Notes: generated by a model not told the origin, from the sequence alone. A stretch of 64,000 bases of DNA from an uncultured delta proteobacterium (GCA_963848295.1 CAWKDB010000010.1:2496001-2560000), one strand, 5' to 3'; positions 32,205 to 42,757 are shown, counted from the first letter of the stretch. Translations and numbers: made by a program.

Positions 32205-32834
32205 ATGCGCGCGATCGCCGTGCTCGTCGTCGTCACTGCCACCGTCGCTCGCGCGCAGCCGGTCGCGCCGTGGACCGTCGAGGTCGAGCCGCGCGTCGGC
32301 GTGTTGTTGTCGAAGTCGAAGCTCGATGCGAGCCCGCTCGGCGGGTTCGAGCTCGGCCTCGAGCTCCCGCACGATGGCCTGCTCGGCCTCGAGGCGTCGT
32401 TCACCCACCCGCACCACACCGGGAGCGTGATGGATGACAACCTGGCGACGAGCTACACGCTCGAGCAAAGCCAGATCCTGCTCGCGATCACGGTCAACTA
32501 CCGCTTCTTCGATTCGACCCACGCGATCGTGCCGCACGTCGGCCTCGGGCCGCTCGTCCAGGTCTTGCTCAGCACCGAGACCACGACCGCGGCGCCCGGC
32601 GAGTTCAGCGCGAACGAGGCCCAGCTCGGCGCGGAAGCCGGTGGCGGTGTCGACATACGCGTCGGGCCGGGTTGGCTCGCGGCGAACATCCAGTTCGTGT
32701 ACTCGCGGCCGATGTCGGCGTGCGCGATCCTGCCGATCTACATTCCGGTATGCGAGGCCCGAAGCGCACCGCTGACCGGCGGCACGGATGTCTACAACAT
32801 CGCGATCACCGGCGGCTATCGCGTCGCGTTCTGA
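32205..32834 (+). CDS. Outer-membrane beta-barrel protein
   Basis: Signal peptide; PHVGLG; GGGVD; C-terminal GYRVAF. Confidence 0.75.
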   Translation: MRAIAVLVVVTATVARAQPVAPWTVEVEPRVGVLLSKSKLDASPLGGFELGLELPHDGLLGLEASFTHPHHTGSVMDDNLATSYTLEQSQILLAITVNYRFFDSTHAIVPHVGLGPLVQVLLSTETTTAAPGEFSANEAQLGAEAGGGVDIRVGPGWLAANIQFVYSRPMSACAILPIYIPVCEARSAPLTGGTDVYNIAITGGYRVAF

Positions 32835-33073
32835 GCTATCCCGTGAACGCATCGATGCTGTGCGTGCTTGGAGCGCGGCACCCAGATGCCCCCCGTGACG
32901 TGAAAGTAACGGCGCTTGACCGCAGCCCATGCGATGCGACGAGCGACCGGCTCGCGTGCGGCGCCGTAGTGCGCGTACGCGTGATTGAACGCGTCGCGAT
33001 AGATGTCCTGCGCATCATGCGGCAGGACCTTGCGGACCGTCGCCGGCAGATCGGTGATATCGGCGTACGGCAT
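32816..33073 (-). CDS. chaB: ChaB family protein
   Basis: MPYADITDLPATVRKVLPHDAQDIYRDAFNHAY...ARRIAWAAVKRRY. Confidence 0.9.
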   Translation of the reverse strand: MPYADITDLPATVRKVLPHDAQDIYRDAFNHAYAHYGAAREPVARRIAWAAVKRRYFHVTGGIWVPRSKHAQHRCVHGIAQNATR

Positions 33074-33101
33074 AGCTATCTCGATGGGTCGTCGTCGCCC
33101 C

Positions 33102-34250
33102 TCATGACGCCAGCGGAGGAGCGAGGTGGGTTGGATAACCGCGCACGGCGCGCAGCTTGAGGGTCCGCGCGACATCGCGTGGCCCGATCAAGCCGGTCAC
33201 CGTCGCGGAGGGGTCGACCACGACGACATACGTCGCGCCTTGCTCGGCCGCCGCCGCGAGTGCCTGATCGGCGGCCGTGGTGTCCGGGGCGACCACGTAT
33301 CGCGCGCCAAGCTGGGCGACGACCGATTCGATCGGCGTGCCCGGATTCGCGCGAGCCAGCCGCGTTACGTCGTCGGCCTCGATCACGGCGATCGGGCCGC
33401 TTCGATCGATCACGACGAGCTCGAGCCGGTCGAGGTCCGACATCCGACGTAGTGCGTCGTCGAGGTTTTCGCCACTTGCGATCACCGGCGGTTGGCCTCG
33501 ACTCGGGAGGAAGTCCGTCACGCGGAGCCCGTGGATACTCTGGGTGATGCGCTCGCTCGCGGCCTCCGCGGTCGCGCCGGAATAGACGAACAGCGCGATC
33601 AACCCGAGCAACAGGTTGACCTCGAGGATGGCGAGGATCCCTAGCCCGATCGCGCACACCCGGCCTACCGTGGCCGCGATCGCGGTGGCTCGGCTGCGGC
33701 CGACGCGGGCCGCGAGCACGGCGCGCAGCACGCGACCGCCATCCATGGGGAACGCCGGGAGCAAGTTGAAGACCCCGAGCGACACGTTCATGACGCCGAT
33801 GTAGAACAGCGCCATCCGAACGTCGGCGCCACCGCCGATCACCGCATAGCCGGCGAAGCACAACGCGCCTAGCACGAAGCTCATCGCCGGCCCGGCGGCG
33901 GCCATGAGCCCCTCGTGCAGCGGCCGGGTCGGAGCCCGCGACAGCTGAGAGACGCCGCCGACGAGCATCAACGTGATCGAGCGGACGCGCCCACCGAAAC
34001 GGAGCGCGAGAAACGTGTGCGCCAGCTCGTGCACGGCGACGGATGCGAACAGCGCCACCGCGAGCAAGGCTCCCCACACGAGAGGCGGCAACGTCAGGTC
34101 TGCCTTCTCGACTCCGGCGAGGTGCGCGATCGAACGGAACTGATACGACAGCGCCACCGCGAGATATGGAATGACCAGCAGCAACGTCCAGTGCAACCGC
34201 ACCGGGACGCCGCGGACCCGAAACACCGTGACCGAGCCGTGACGGATCAT
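33102..34250 (-). CDS. Site-2 protease (M50) with CBS-like C-terminus
   Basis: HELAH, AAGPAMS, FNLLPAFPMDGGRVLRA. Confidence 0.93.
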   Translation of the reverse strand: MIRHGSVTVFRVRGVPVRLHWTLLLVIPYLAVALSYQFRSIAHLAGVEKADLTLPPLVWGALLAVALFASVAVHELAHTFLALRFGGRVRSITLMLVGGVSQLSRAPTRPLHEGLMAAAGPAMSFVLGALCFAGYAVIGGGADVRMALFYIGVMNVSLGVFNLLPAFPMDGGRVLRAVLAARVGRSRATAIAATVGRVCAIGLGILAILEVNLLLGLIALFVYSGATAEAASERITQSIHGLRVTDFLPSRGQPPVIASGENLDDALRRMSDLDRLELVVIDRSGPIAVIEADDVTRLARANPGTPIESVVAQLGARYVVAPDTTAADQALAAAAEQGATYVVVVDPSATVTGLIGPRDVARTLKLRAVRGYPTHLAPPLAS

Positions 34251-34954
34251 GGGACCACCTGGAGCGGCGCGCCGGCCGCGGTTCGATCGGCGAACACGAT
34301 CTCGTCCGGCGCGCTCCGATCGAGCTCGGCCGGCTCGGACTCGACATACCGACCGCGGGCCGGATCGAACATCCAGAGCGAGGTCGCCCCACGCGGGGAA
34401 CGATAGCGCAGCGCTCGAGGCGCGAACACGATCGCGCCTGCGAACGTCTGGTCACCGTCGCGCTCCACGATCGGCTTCGCGAACAACGGCAACAGATCGC
34501 CGCGTTCGCCGAGCTGGTACAGCACGATCGACGTCACGCTATCGCGATGACCGCCCGTGGTGACGGCGAGCGCGATGATCGGCTCGTCGAGCTGGCCATC
34601 GCCGATCGCGAGCGCCACGAGGTCATCCGCGGACCCGGTCGACTCGAAGCCGGGCGCGCGGGCAACGAGCTGCCCGGCGCGATCGACGACGACGAGCCCT
34701 TGTTGAAACGATGCCAACACGGCCTCGAGACCTCGACCACGACCGATCTCTCCGGTGACTTCCAGACCGCCGTACCCGCCGTTGGCCGGTGTCCCCACGA
34801 GTTGTTCGATGCGGTCGGAGACCGAATCGAGCTCGGCGTCGCTGGCAGCCTCGACCTCGAAGTCGTACAGCCACGGCATCAACGCAGGCGGTGAGGTCGA
34901 TGATCCGTCGGCGGGAACGACGACGAGGATCCCGAGGAGAAAGTACCTCGACAT
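34247..34954 (-). CDS. Exported hypothetical protein
   Basis: Hydrophobic N-terminus; ATGA overlap with the site-2 protease gene. Confidence 0.65.
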   Translation of the reverse strand: MSRYFLLGILVVVPADGSSTSPPALMPWLYDFEVEAASDAELDSVSDRIEQLVGTPANGGYGGLEVTGEIGRGRGLEAVLASFQQGLVVVDRAGQLVARAPGFESTGSADDLVALAIGDGQLDEPIIALAVTTGGHRDSVTSIVLYQLGERGDLLPLFAKPIVERDGDQTFAGAIVFAPRALRYRSPRGATSLWMFDPARGRYVESEPAELDRSAPDEIVFADRTAAGAPLQVVP

Positions 34955-34966
34955 GCCTCGATAGAC

Positions 34967-34982
34967 AGCAACACCCGTGCCG
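34967..34982 (-). promoter_or_regulatory. sigma54 promoter
   Basis: CGGCACGGGTGTTGCT; ATG 14 nt after the -12 C. Confidence 0.7.
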
Positions 34983-35090
34983 GGTCACGACGGTCCGGCC
35001 ACGACGGCGGCGCTCCGCGAGCGAGCGCGACCGCACGCCTGCACCACCCGTGATCAGCGTCCCCGCCACAACGGTCCGAGCAAGGACGCC

Positions 35091-35672
35091 TCACCACATC
35101 GGCAACGAGCCGGTCCATGTCGTCGCGGACACGGAGCTCGTCGCGAACAGCCGATCCGGTGCCGAGTGGGCGTCGCAGAACCAGCGCTCGCCGTCTGACT
35201 CCGCGCGCACGGCCACGCAGTCGGGACAAGCGGGGATCGCGTCCGGCGAGTCGTCGGTCAAGCCGACCACGAGGGTCGGGCACGTGGCCGCATCGAGCAC
35301 GCGACTCGCGACACTACCGAGATGCGTTCCCCGGTGGTGCAGCCCGAACCGACCGACGACGATCAGATCCGCTCGCAGCTCGGCCGCGAGGTTCGCGATC
35401 TCCTCGTGGGCGCGACCACCGCGCACGTGGAGGCGCACGTGCCAGTCGAACCTGTCGAGCTCGTCGAGCGCCGGCAACACGAGCATGCCGAGCCGGTCCT
35501 TTGCTTGTTCGACGTCGGCACGATCCGCGACGACCGTGAGCACGTGGAGATCGGGCACCTCGTGGCGCGCGGCCTGATCGATCGCGTGCTCGAGCACGAT
35601 CTCGGCATACTCCGATTCGTCGATCGCGGCGACGATGCCGAACCTGCGGGGCGGCTGCGTGGTGTTCGTCAT
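35091..35672 (-). CDS. Universal stress protein with C-terminal Cys/His motif
   Basis: IVAAIDES, ADLIVVG, LGSVASRVLDAATCPTLVV; tail CPDC...WFCDAH. Confidence 0.88.
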   Translation of the reverse strand: MTNTTQPPRRFGIVAAIDESEYAEIVLEHAIDQAARHEVPDLHVLTVVADRADVEQAKDRLGMLVLPALDELDRFDWHVRLHVRGGRAHEEIANLAAELRADLIVVGRFGLHHRGTHLGSVASRVLDAATCPTLVVGLTDDSPDAIPACPDCVAVRAESDGERWFCDAHSAPDRLFATSSVSATTWTGSLPMW

Positions 35673-35684
35673 ACGTGACACGGA

Positions 35685-35700
35685 TGCATCGCGCGTGCCT
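35685..35700 (-). promoter_or_regulatory. sigma54 promoter
   Basis: AGGCACGCGCGATGCA; ATG 14 nt after the -12 C. Confidence 0.65.
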
Positions 35701-35748
35701 CGGTAGGGCTCGGCTGTCCGCGCTGCGGACATCGTGACCTCGACGAGG

Positions 35749-36027
35749 TCACGGCTTCTTGATGAGCGTCGTCTGCCGGCCGTCGATCGGGATCGCAGCC
35801 GGAGCGTCGGCAAACGTCTGGACCAACCCGCACCGCCGGCACGTGTACCGCTGAAGCCGGCCGTACGCCTGAACGATCCGGCCCTCTTGCTCCTCGAAGT
35901 CATACGCGATGGCCTCGGGGAAGAGATGACAGTGGCTGTAAATGGCACCCGGCCGGGGTCCGATATCCGCGGCAAACGAGAAGATGACCTCGCCGTGCCC
36001 GCATAGGGGACAACTTCCCGAGCGCAT
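35749..36027 (-). CDS. Small zinc-ribbon protein
   Basis: MRSGSCPLCG...YTCRRCGLVQTF. Confidence 0.65.
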   Translation of the reverse strand: MRSGSCPLCGHGEVIFSFAADIGPRPGAIYSHCHLFPEAIAYDFEEQEGRIVQAYGRLQRYTCRRCGLVQTFADAPAAIPIDGRQTTLIKKP

Positions 36028-36077
36028 GTCGTTCGGGCCGAAGGAGACGGCGGCCCCGACGGAGCCGGCCGGCTCGG

Positions 36078-37853
36078 TCACGACGGCACGCTCGCGGTGA
36101 CGCAAATGGACTGCACCACGCGATCGTACACGCGTCGCGCCAGCTCGCGGCGTGCGTCGCCCTCGGCGGTGCGCCAGACCCGCAGCGCGCGCTCGAGCTT
36201 TCGACGTGCCGGGTTCGGGATGATCGTCCCGGGTGGATACGGTTCGACGCGCCGGCCGTCGAGCTGGTTGATGCCCCAGCGCTCGACCCCGTGCTTGAAG
36301 CCGTTCTCCTGGCGCCAGCGGAGCCACAGGATCTCGACGAGCCGCTCCGCGGGCAGCTTCGAGGCGGCGAGCAAGCTCACCTGTCGACCATCTTCGGTGC
36401 AGACCATGATGCGACGAAGGCGCCCGCGACCCTCGCCGAGATTTCGCAATCGGCTCTCGTGCAGCCCGACCTGTTCGCCCGCGATCGTCGCCGCTGTAAA
36501 CGCCGTCGCCGGCAGCTCGGCGTAGGGCTTTCGCTCGTACGTGACGAAGTCGAAGTGGGCCTCGCGCAGCGCCGCGAGTTGCGCGGCAAACGCACCACCG
36601 CGATCGAAGGCGAGCAGGATCGTCTCGTCGGGGCCGAGCGCTTTGCGCAGGCGCTGGCCCAGGGGCAGCAGCCACTCGGTCAGGTGATCGTGCGACGGCA
36701 CCGGCACGCGAAACATCGGCCGGCCGTCCTCGTCGTGGACGTAGTAGTCGGTCGTCCCGGGCAGCACGCGCTTGGCCTGCATCCGCCAGCCCTTTCGCAC
36801 GACATGCTTGCCCGTATACGGCCGTAGATGGTTGTCGACGTAGAAGATCGCCGGGGCGCCGTCGCTCGCTGCGGTTGCGATCAGCCGCTCGGCCATCCGT
36901 GCCTCCAGCGCGGCGCCGGCGTCGGTCTGTGCGAGCAATCGACCGAGGATCTTGCGGACCCCGCTGGCCGTGGGCACGCGCTCGGCGCGCAGCAGCGTCG
37001 CGCCGGTCGGTGTCGCGAGTCGGCGCACACCCTCGACGACGAATTGCTTGAGCGCGAGCGCACAGATCACCGCGTCGAGCGCGATCCGCAGCCCATCGGG
37101 ATGCCGGCCCTCGAACGCGCGCTGCGCCTCTTCGTGCAGCCCCATCTCGCCGGCAAGCGCGAGCAAGATCCAGCAGCCGGCGTGCTGCACGAGCTTTCCG
37201 CCGCGGACCGGCTGCGCCGTCATCGGCACCTGATCCTTGTCGTCGAATTCGTCGGCCGTGACCGGATCGTCGCCGAGGTCGACATCGCGATCCGGTCCGG
37301 CGATCAGCAGTGCGAGCTGCCCGGCGATCGCGGTCGGCGCGGCCTGCCGTGCCGCCTCGACAGGGCTCCCGGCGGCGCGCTCACGACGCCAGTCGTCCCA
37401 AACGCGCCACACCGTCGAATACACGAGGCGCTGTTTGCGCGGCTGTTCGCGGTGCGCGTCGATCGGCATTCGCCCCGCGTCGAACATCGCGTACCAAACA
37501 GTTCGCAACTCCCGCGTTACCTTCGTAACTCCTCCGCGTCGCGGTCCCAGCACCGCAGCAAACCCCGCGGCTTCTTCCTTCCGCCGCAGGCGCCGCAAAT
37601 GTTCGTCCGTGATCCCGAATGCTGTTGCCAGTCGCCCGAGGTGGAACTGATCGGTTTTCGCGAGCGTCACTGCCAGTACGTTGCGAGGGCCGCGGTCATC
37701 GTCGTCCAGATCGAACCCGCCGATCAGCGTCCCGCCGATGTACACGCTCGCGATCGTGTCCCGGACGATCACCACCCCGTCCGACGAGAAACGCCGGATT
37801 TCGTGGGCGGGCTTTGGCGACGGCTCAGGCAAGGCGAGGTCGAGAGCTTCCAT
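36078..37853 (-). mobile_element. Putative DDE transposase, probably 3'-truncated
   Basis: N-terminal HTH; FYVDNHLRPYTG, FDRGG, RWRQENGFK fit D-D-E; C-terminus ends abruptly. Confidence 0.75.
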
Positions 37854-37969
37854 CGTTGCCAAGACAACCGCCAGCGATCCGAAATTCCCACAATCCATCG
37901 ATCTAATCGAATTCTCGTAAACCCGCGTCATTCGATCAGTTCACGAAATGCGGCGAACTCTGGAGCACT

Positions 37970-38449
37970 CTACCGCGACTTACAATCGCAACACGGCGCG
38001 CGGGCGTCCGCGCAGGTCGCGCCCGCATCGTGACACCGGCCGGCTGCCGTGGCGTCGGTTCGCAACTCCTTCGCGATCGCGCAGATCTGCGCCGCGTCAT
38101 CGCAGGCCGCGTCGGCTTGAACGCAGGCGGTGGAGCACGCCGACCCGGCGCCGGGCGTGCAATCCGCGGCGAGGCTTGGCTTACCGGGCGGATCCTCGAC
38201 CGCGCACACCGGCTCGCACGTTTCTTCGGGCGATGACGGCGGGGTCGGAAGCGATAGCGCAGCCCGACGCGCGATCAGGTCGGCGTACAGCTTATCGAGC
38301 TGCGTGCTCGGGTCGTCGGCCAGTTGCGGCGGTGGCCCGCTCGCAGTCGGCACGGGCCGGTCGATCGTCGGCTGCGGCATCATGTTGCCCCCCGTGCACG
38401 ACACGGCACCCACCGTTGCCGCGATCACCACCCATGACTGACTTCGCAT
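37970..38449 (-). CDS. Cys-rich lipoprotein
   Basis: Lipobox AVSC; many Cys in the C-terminal half. Confidence 0.7.
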   Translation of the reverse strand: MRSQSWVVIAATVGAVSCTGGNMMPQPTIDRPVPTASGPPPQLADDPSTQLDKLYADLIARRAALSLPTPPSSPEETCEPVCAVEDPPGKPSLAADCTPGAGSACSTACVQADAACDDAAQICAIAKELRTDATAAGRCHDAGATCADARAPCCDCKSR

Positions 38450-38465
38450 CGGAAACTCCTCGACT

Positions 38466-39113
38466 TCAGTTCGTGATCCCAAACCTCGACTTGATCGCCT
38501 TGCCCTCGGCTTCCAGCGCGTTCGCACGGATCTGTAGCGCGTTCCCGGATGCCGCGATCGCGGCGAGCGCGGCGGTGTCGCTGCTCTTCATCGCCGCCGT
38601 GAGGTGTTGCACCATCTCGACGCCGTCGCCGAGCAGCCGGAGCATGCCCTCGTGATAGCTCGTGCACGACGGAGGCGGAGAGATCGCGCGTGCCCGCGCG
38701 GCACCGTCCTGCGCGAGCTTGAGCACCGTGTCGAAGCCCGACATGTCGCCTCTCATCGCGCCGGCCAGCACCGTGTTCGCGAAGTCGCCGGTATCGGTGC
38801 TCCCGGTGAAGGCTTGGATGCCGTCCATCTTGGTGAAGTAGTCGCGAACCGCGGCCGCTTCTCCCGGCGACGGCGCGGGACTGTCCACGGACGCCGGTGC
38901 GACGGCCGTCGGGGTTGCCTCCGCCGCTGGCGACGACGCCGGGACCGGAGGTAGTGGCGCGCTCTCCGGAACCGGAGCCCCGCGGATCTGCCCGCCACCC
39001 GCCTGACCGGACCGGACGCGTTGCGACTCGCGCCCGAGCAGGAAGAAGATGATGGCGATCATCCCGACGAACGCGAATGCGACGCCGTAGACCACGCTCT
39101 TGCCGACCTGCAT
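38466..39113 (-). CDS. Membrane-anchored hypothetical protein
   Basis: N-terminal TM, Pro linker, helical domain. Confidence 0.65.
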   Translation of the reverse strand: MQVGKSVVYGVAFAFVGMIAIIFFLLGRESQRVRSGQAGGGQIRGAPVPESAPLPPVPASSPAAEATPTAVAPASVDSPAPSPGEAAAVRDYFTKMDGIQAFTGSTDTGDFANTVLAGAMRGDMSGFDTVLKLAQDGAARARAISPPPSCTSYHEGMLRLLGDGVEMVQHLTAAMKSSDTAALAAIAASGNALQIRANALEAEGKAIKSRFGITN

Positions 39114-39173
39114 GCCGCAACGATCTCGCCGCTCGCGACCACGGTCAATGCGCGCCATACTTGGATTGCAGTG

Positions 39174-39890
39174 ATGGACGTCGAGCGTTACGTGGTCGCG
39201 ATCCGGGCGCTGGGGACCACGGTCGAGGCCGAGGCGAAAGCGCTCGCCGCTGATCTCGGGACCACAGCGTACGAAGAGCGCCTCATGCTCGTCGCGGGGT
39301 TTCCGGCGATCGCGCTGGAGACCACCGATGTCGATGTGGCGCAGGCGCTCGTCGGCAAGCTCCGGGCTCGCGGGCACCGCGCGCTGATGGTTCGTGGGGC
39401 CGACGTCGTCCGCGCAAGCGAGATGATTCAGATGCGGTACTTCCAGCTCGACCACGAAGGACTCGAGTCCGGTGAAGAACGCCTGGCTTGGGCTGACCTG
39501 TCGACGCTCGTCCGCGCACGCCACCAGCGTCAGGTTGCAAAGACCGCGACCGTGAAGCAGAAGAAGTTCGACGCCACGCGCGCGATCCTGACCGGCGGCC
39601 TCGTCATGCGTAAGACCGAGAAACGCGAGGTCTCCTCCACGACCGAGGAGATCGAGCAGGTGCTCTACCTGTTCAGCGCCGATGGCCGCACTCCATGGAT
39701 CCTGCGCGAGCACGCGACCAACTACGGCGCGCTCGGCGCCGCGCTCACCCCGGTCGCGAACCGCAACTTCGCGATCGTCGTCGAGAAGCTTCGCGCGTGC
39801 GCACCGCACGCGGTGTTCGACGACAGCCTGATCCGGCGGCCGACGATCGAGGACGTCGATCTGTACGCCCACCTGGTAGCGAGCCGATGA
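39174..39890 (+). CDS. Hypothetical protein
   Basis: Protein-like ORF, divergent from 39113. Confidence 0.65.
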   Translation: MDVERYVVAIRALGTTVEAEAKALAADLGTTAYEERLMLVAGFPAIALETTDVDVAQALVGKLRARGHRALMVRGADVVRASEMIQMRYFQLDHEGLESGEERLAWADLSTLVRARHQRQVAKTATVKQKKFDATRAILTGGLVMRKTEKREVSSTTEEIEQVLYLFSADGRTPWILREHATNYGALGAALTPVANRNFAIVVEKLRACAPHAVFDDSLIRRPTIEDVDLYAHLVASR

Positions 39891-39918
39891 TCACGCGAGG
39901 ATGATTGTGCTCGATGGA

Positions 39919-40377
39919 CTATCCAGCGAAGAGCTCGTCCAGCTGGTCGAACGACTCGGGCATTCCGTCGTAGGCACCGACACCAGCATCGAGGGCTTCG
40001 CCCGACGGATAGAGCTCATGCAAGACCATTCGCGTCGTGTCGCCGCGGTCCTCGAGCGTCATCGTGCTGATCTGCCCGGCGTCACCGCCTTCTTCGTTCG
40101 TCCACACCAGGCGCGAATGTGGCGACACCTCGAGGTACCGGCCGAAGAACGCCATCGGTTCCGGCGCGGAAAGGAACACGAAGCGGTACGTGCCGCCGGC
40201 GCGGACGTCCATCTCGCACGATAGCAGCGTGAGGCCGGTCGACTTCGGGACCCACCATCGACGCATGAGCTCGGGCTTGGTCCACGCCTCGAACACGAGG
40301 TGTGCCGGGGCGTTGAAGGTGCGCGTGATGACGACCTCGCGCTCGGATTTCCGTTCCACCGTCGTGTCGTTCTTCAT
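39919..40377 (-). CDS. SRPBCC/AHSA1 family protein
   Basis: ITRTFNAPAHLVFEAWTKPELMRRWW, DVRAGGTYR, FDQLDELF. Confidence 0.92.
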   Translation of the reverse strand: MKNDTTVERKSEREVVITRTFNAPAHLVFEAWTKPELMRRWWVPKSTGLTLLSCEMDVRAGGTYRFVFLSAPEPMAFFGRYLEVSPHSRLVWTNEEGGDAGQISTMTLEDRGDTTRMVLHELYPSGEALDAGVGAYDGMPESFDQLDELFAG

Positions 40378-40733
40378 CGGGGTGCTCTCTCTTTCGCTTT
40401 CTGCTTCAGTTCTTCGATCAACTGGTCGAGCTCGTCGAAGCGCGCGCTCCACAGCTGGCGATAGCGGTCGATCCACGCCGTGACTTCGTCGAGCCGGCGC
40501 TCGCCGAGCGTACACGTCCGCACGCGGCCGACCTTCGCCGTCGCGACGAGCCCGGCATGCTCCAGCACGCCGACGTGCTTCTTCATGCCGGTGAGCGTCA
40601 TGTCGAACCTCTTGGCGAGGTCCGTGATCGACGCATCCGCCCGCCCGAGCTGCTCCAGCACACCGCGCCGCGTGGCATCCGACAGCGCGGCGAACGCGAT
40701 GTCGATCTGGTCGGCCTTCGTATACTGAACCAT
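40374..40733 (-). CDS. ArsR/SmtB family transcriptional regulator
   Basis: FAALSDATRRGVL, KHVGVLEHAGLV, KVGRVR; ATGA overlap with the SRPBCC gene. Confidence 0.92.
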   Translation of the reverse strand: MVQYTKADQIDIAFAALSDATRRGVLEQLGRADASITDLAKRFDMTLTGMKKHVGVLEHAGLVATAKVGRVRTCTLGERRLDEVTAWIDRYRQLWSARFDELDQLIEELKQKAKERAPR

Positions 40734-40746
40734 TAGGTTCAGTATA
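40721..40746. promoter_or_regulatory. Palindromic operator over the ArsR gene start
   Basis: TATACTGAACC-ATTA-GGTTCAGTATA, perfect 11-bp inverted repeat. Confidence 0.8.
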
Positions 40747-41011
40747 AGCGTACGGCGCTCCCGGGCGCAAGTGATTCGTCGAGAGAAGGTGCTCCATCGC
40801 TGCGCGATTGGTGAGCCATTCTTCCGAGCCGGTTGCGCCGCCAACGCCCGTGCCTCATTCTAAGATGAATGGACGTTCGCTTTAGAGATTGGCGCCACGT
40901 CGCCGCGTCCAGCTTCGTCGCAGGACGCGCGAACGCCAGCGTGTCCCTGCTCGAGCAGGCCTCGCCTCGGCGGTGGATTGATGGCGTGCGCGGATTTCGA
41001 GGCACCTGCGG

Positions 41012-41878
41012 ATGAATCGTCGCCGGTTCGGTTACCCGCTCGCCTGGTTCGTCCTCGGCACACTGATGATCGCTCTCGTCGACGGCGTCCCGATCGGCGT
41101 CGGCTCCTATCTCGGCGTGCCATTCTCGATCGTAGGCTCGCTTGTCGGCTCGGTGGCGTCGGTCGGCGCCTACCTCGTCACGATGCGAGTGCTGGCGCGC
41201 CGCCGAGTACCCGAGCTCGGGAGGCCGATCGTGAGCGAGATGCTCGCGGGTTGCGTCCTGGGAGCGCTGTTCGTTGTCTCGTCGGTGATCGTCGTGGCCG
41301 CACTCGGGGGCTACACGTTGCAGTGGCACCCCATCGATCCTGCGAGGACCGTGTGCATCACGGTCACCGTCAACGCGAGCGCCGCCGTCGTCGAGGAGCT
41401 GGTGTTCCGTGGCCTGGCGCTACAAGCCATCGAACAGCTGGGTGGGGCCGCGCTCGCCGTTGCGGCCAGCGCCCTGATGTTTGGCGGTGTACATCTACTC
41501 GCTCCGAGCGCGACGCTGTGGAGTGCCTTTGCGATCGCCGTCGAGGCGGGTGTGTTCTTGGGCGTCGCGTTTGTTTGGCGCCGTAGCCTGTGGTTCGTGA
41601 TCGGGGTCCACTTCACGTGGAATTCCGTGGAGGGGCTCTTGGGAATTCCGGTATCAGGCCATCGCGATCCCGGCCTCTTCCTGACCGTCAAGCACGGCAA
41701 CAACTGGCTGACGGGCGGTGAGTTCGGGCTCGAAGCCTCCGTGGTTCCGGTCGCGATGGGCGTCGTGCTCTCGGTGCTGATCGCGTGCATCGTGCGCCGC
41801 AAGCGCGATCTATCGCGGGCGAGAATTGACGCGACGTCCGCCCCAGTTTCAGGCTCGAGGCATGCGGACCCGCGATGA
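41012..41878 (+). CDS. CPBP/Abi (CAAX) intramembrane protease
   Basis: EELVFRG, FGGVH, HFTWN, LTGGEFGLEAS. Confidence 0.92.
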   Translation: MNRRRFGYPLAWFVLGTLMIALVDGVPIGVGSYLGVPFSIVGSLVGSVASVGAYLVTMRVLARRRVPELGRPIVSEMLAGCVLGALFVVSSVIVVAALGGYTLQWHPIDPARTVCITVTVNASAAVVEELVFRGLALQAIEQLGGAALAVAASALMFGGVHLLAPSATLWSAFAIAVEAGVFLGVAFVWRRSLWFVIGVHFTWNSVEGLLGIPVSGHRDPGLFLTVKHGNNWLTGGEFGLEASVVPVAMGVVLSVLIACIVRRKRDLSRARIDATSAPVSGSRHADPR

Positions 41879-42440
41879 GAAGAAGCGTGCTGCGATTCTC
41901 GCGGCGGCGCTAGCGGAAGTCGCCGCCTCGGGTCTCGCGGCGCTCTCGATCGACGCGGTCGCCAAGCGCGCCCACGTTGCCACTGGCACCGTCTACGTGT
42001 ACTTCTCGGGCAAAGAAGCCCTGATCGAAGCGGCCTACGTAGAGGTGGCGGTGCGTCTCGCGGAAGCGTTGGCCCAAAACGAACTACGCGACGGCGCATC
42101 GCCGGTGCGTGTCTGCTTCGAACGGACGTGCCGAGCGTATTTCGCGTACTGTACCGAACGTCCGACGGAGATCGCGTTTCTCGAGCATGTCGAGCTCGTG
42201 CCTCGGTACCGGCGCCGTATCGGAGCGCTCGATCGAGCGGCGATCGCACCACTCATCGCGCTTCTGGAGCGTGGTCAGGCCGAACGCCTCGTCAAGCGCA
42301 TCGCCGCCCCACTCCTCGTCGCATTCCTCGCCGGCGCGATACGCTTCTCGGCGACGGAAGTGCGCGGCGGAACCAAGGCAACACGCGCGCGCATGGCGAC
42401 TCAGCTGGTGACGTTGTGCTGGGACGCGATCGCCGCGTGA
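41862..42440 (+). CDS. TetR family regulator
   Basis: ILAAAL..SIDAVAKRAHVATGTVYVYFSGKEAL. Confidence 0.92.
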   Translation: MRTRDEKKRAAILAAALAEVAASGLAALSIDAVAKRAHVATGTVYVYFSGKEALIEAAYVEVAVRLAEALAQNELRDGASPVRVCFERTCRAYFAYCTERPTEIAFLEHVELVPRYRRRIGALDRAAIAPLIALLERGQAERLVKRIAAPLLVAFLAGAIRFSATEVRGGTKATRARMATQLVTLCWDAIAA

Positions 42441-42757
42441 TGCTGCGGGTCCGAGCTTGATCACGTACGCGCTTCCCGTGCAATCACCTTGCTGTCGCCG
42501 GCGAACTGGAGGCATTTCTCGATACCTTCGATGCGGCTGTCGCAGAGATGGTTGCGAACGTCGACAAAGCAAACGCGCTCGCGGCCGACGACGATCTCCG
42601 GACCTGGATCCGGAGATGAAGAGGCTCGTCGAGGAGCGGACCAAGCGGCGCCGCAGGTAGCTCCACAGCTACGTGCCCCCGGCCGGTCAGACCGGCGATC
42701 GGCCGTTGTTGTCTTGGCTTGAGGCAACCGCTCGAGCAGCGGAATGGTCCAACGATC

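Noticed and set aside
37966..37976. GCGGTAGAGTG on the minus strand matches the tRNA-Gly D-arm
   Set aside because: Only 11 nt and in the opposite orientation; not enough to call an att site.
42440..42660. Short helical reading frame (AGELEAFLDTFDAAVAEM...)
   Set aside because: No clear start or recognisable family; probably a gene scrap.
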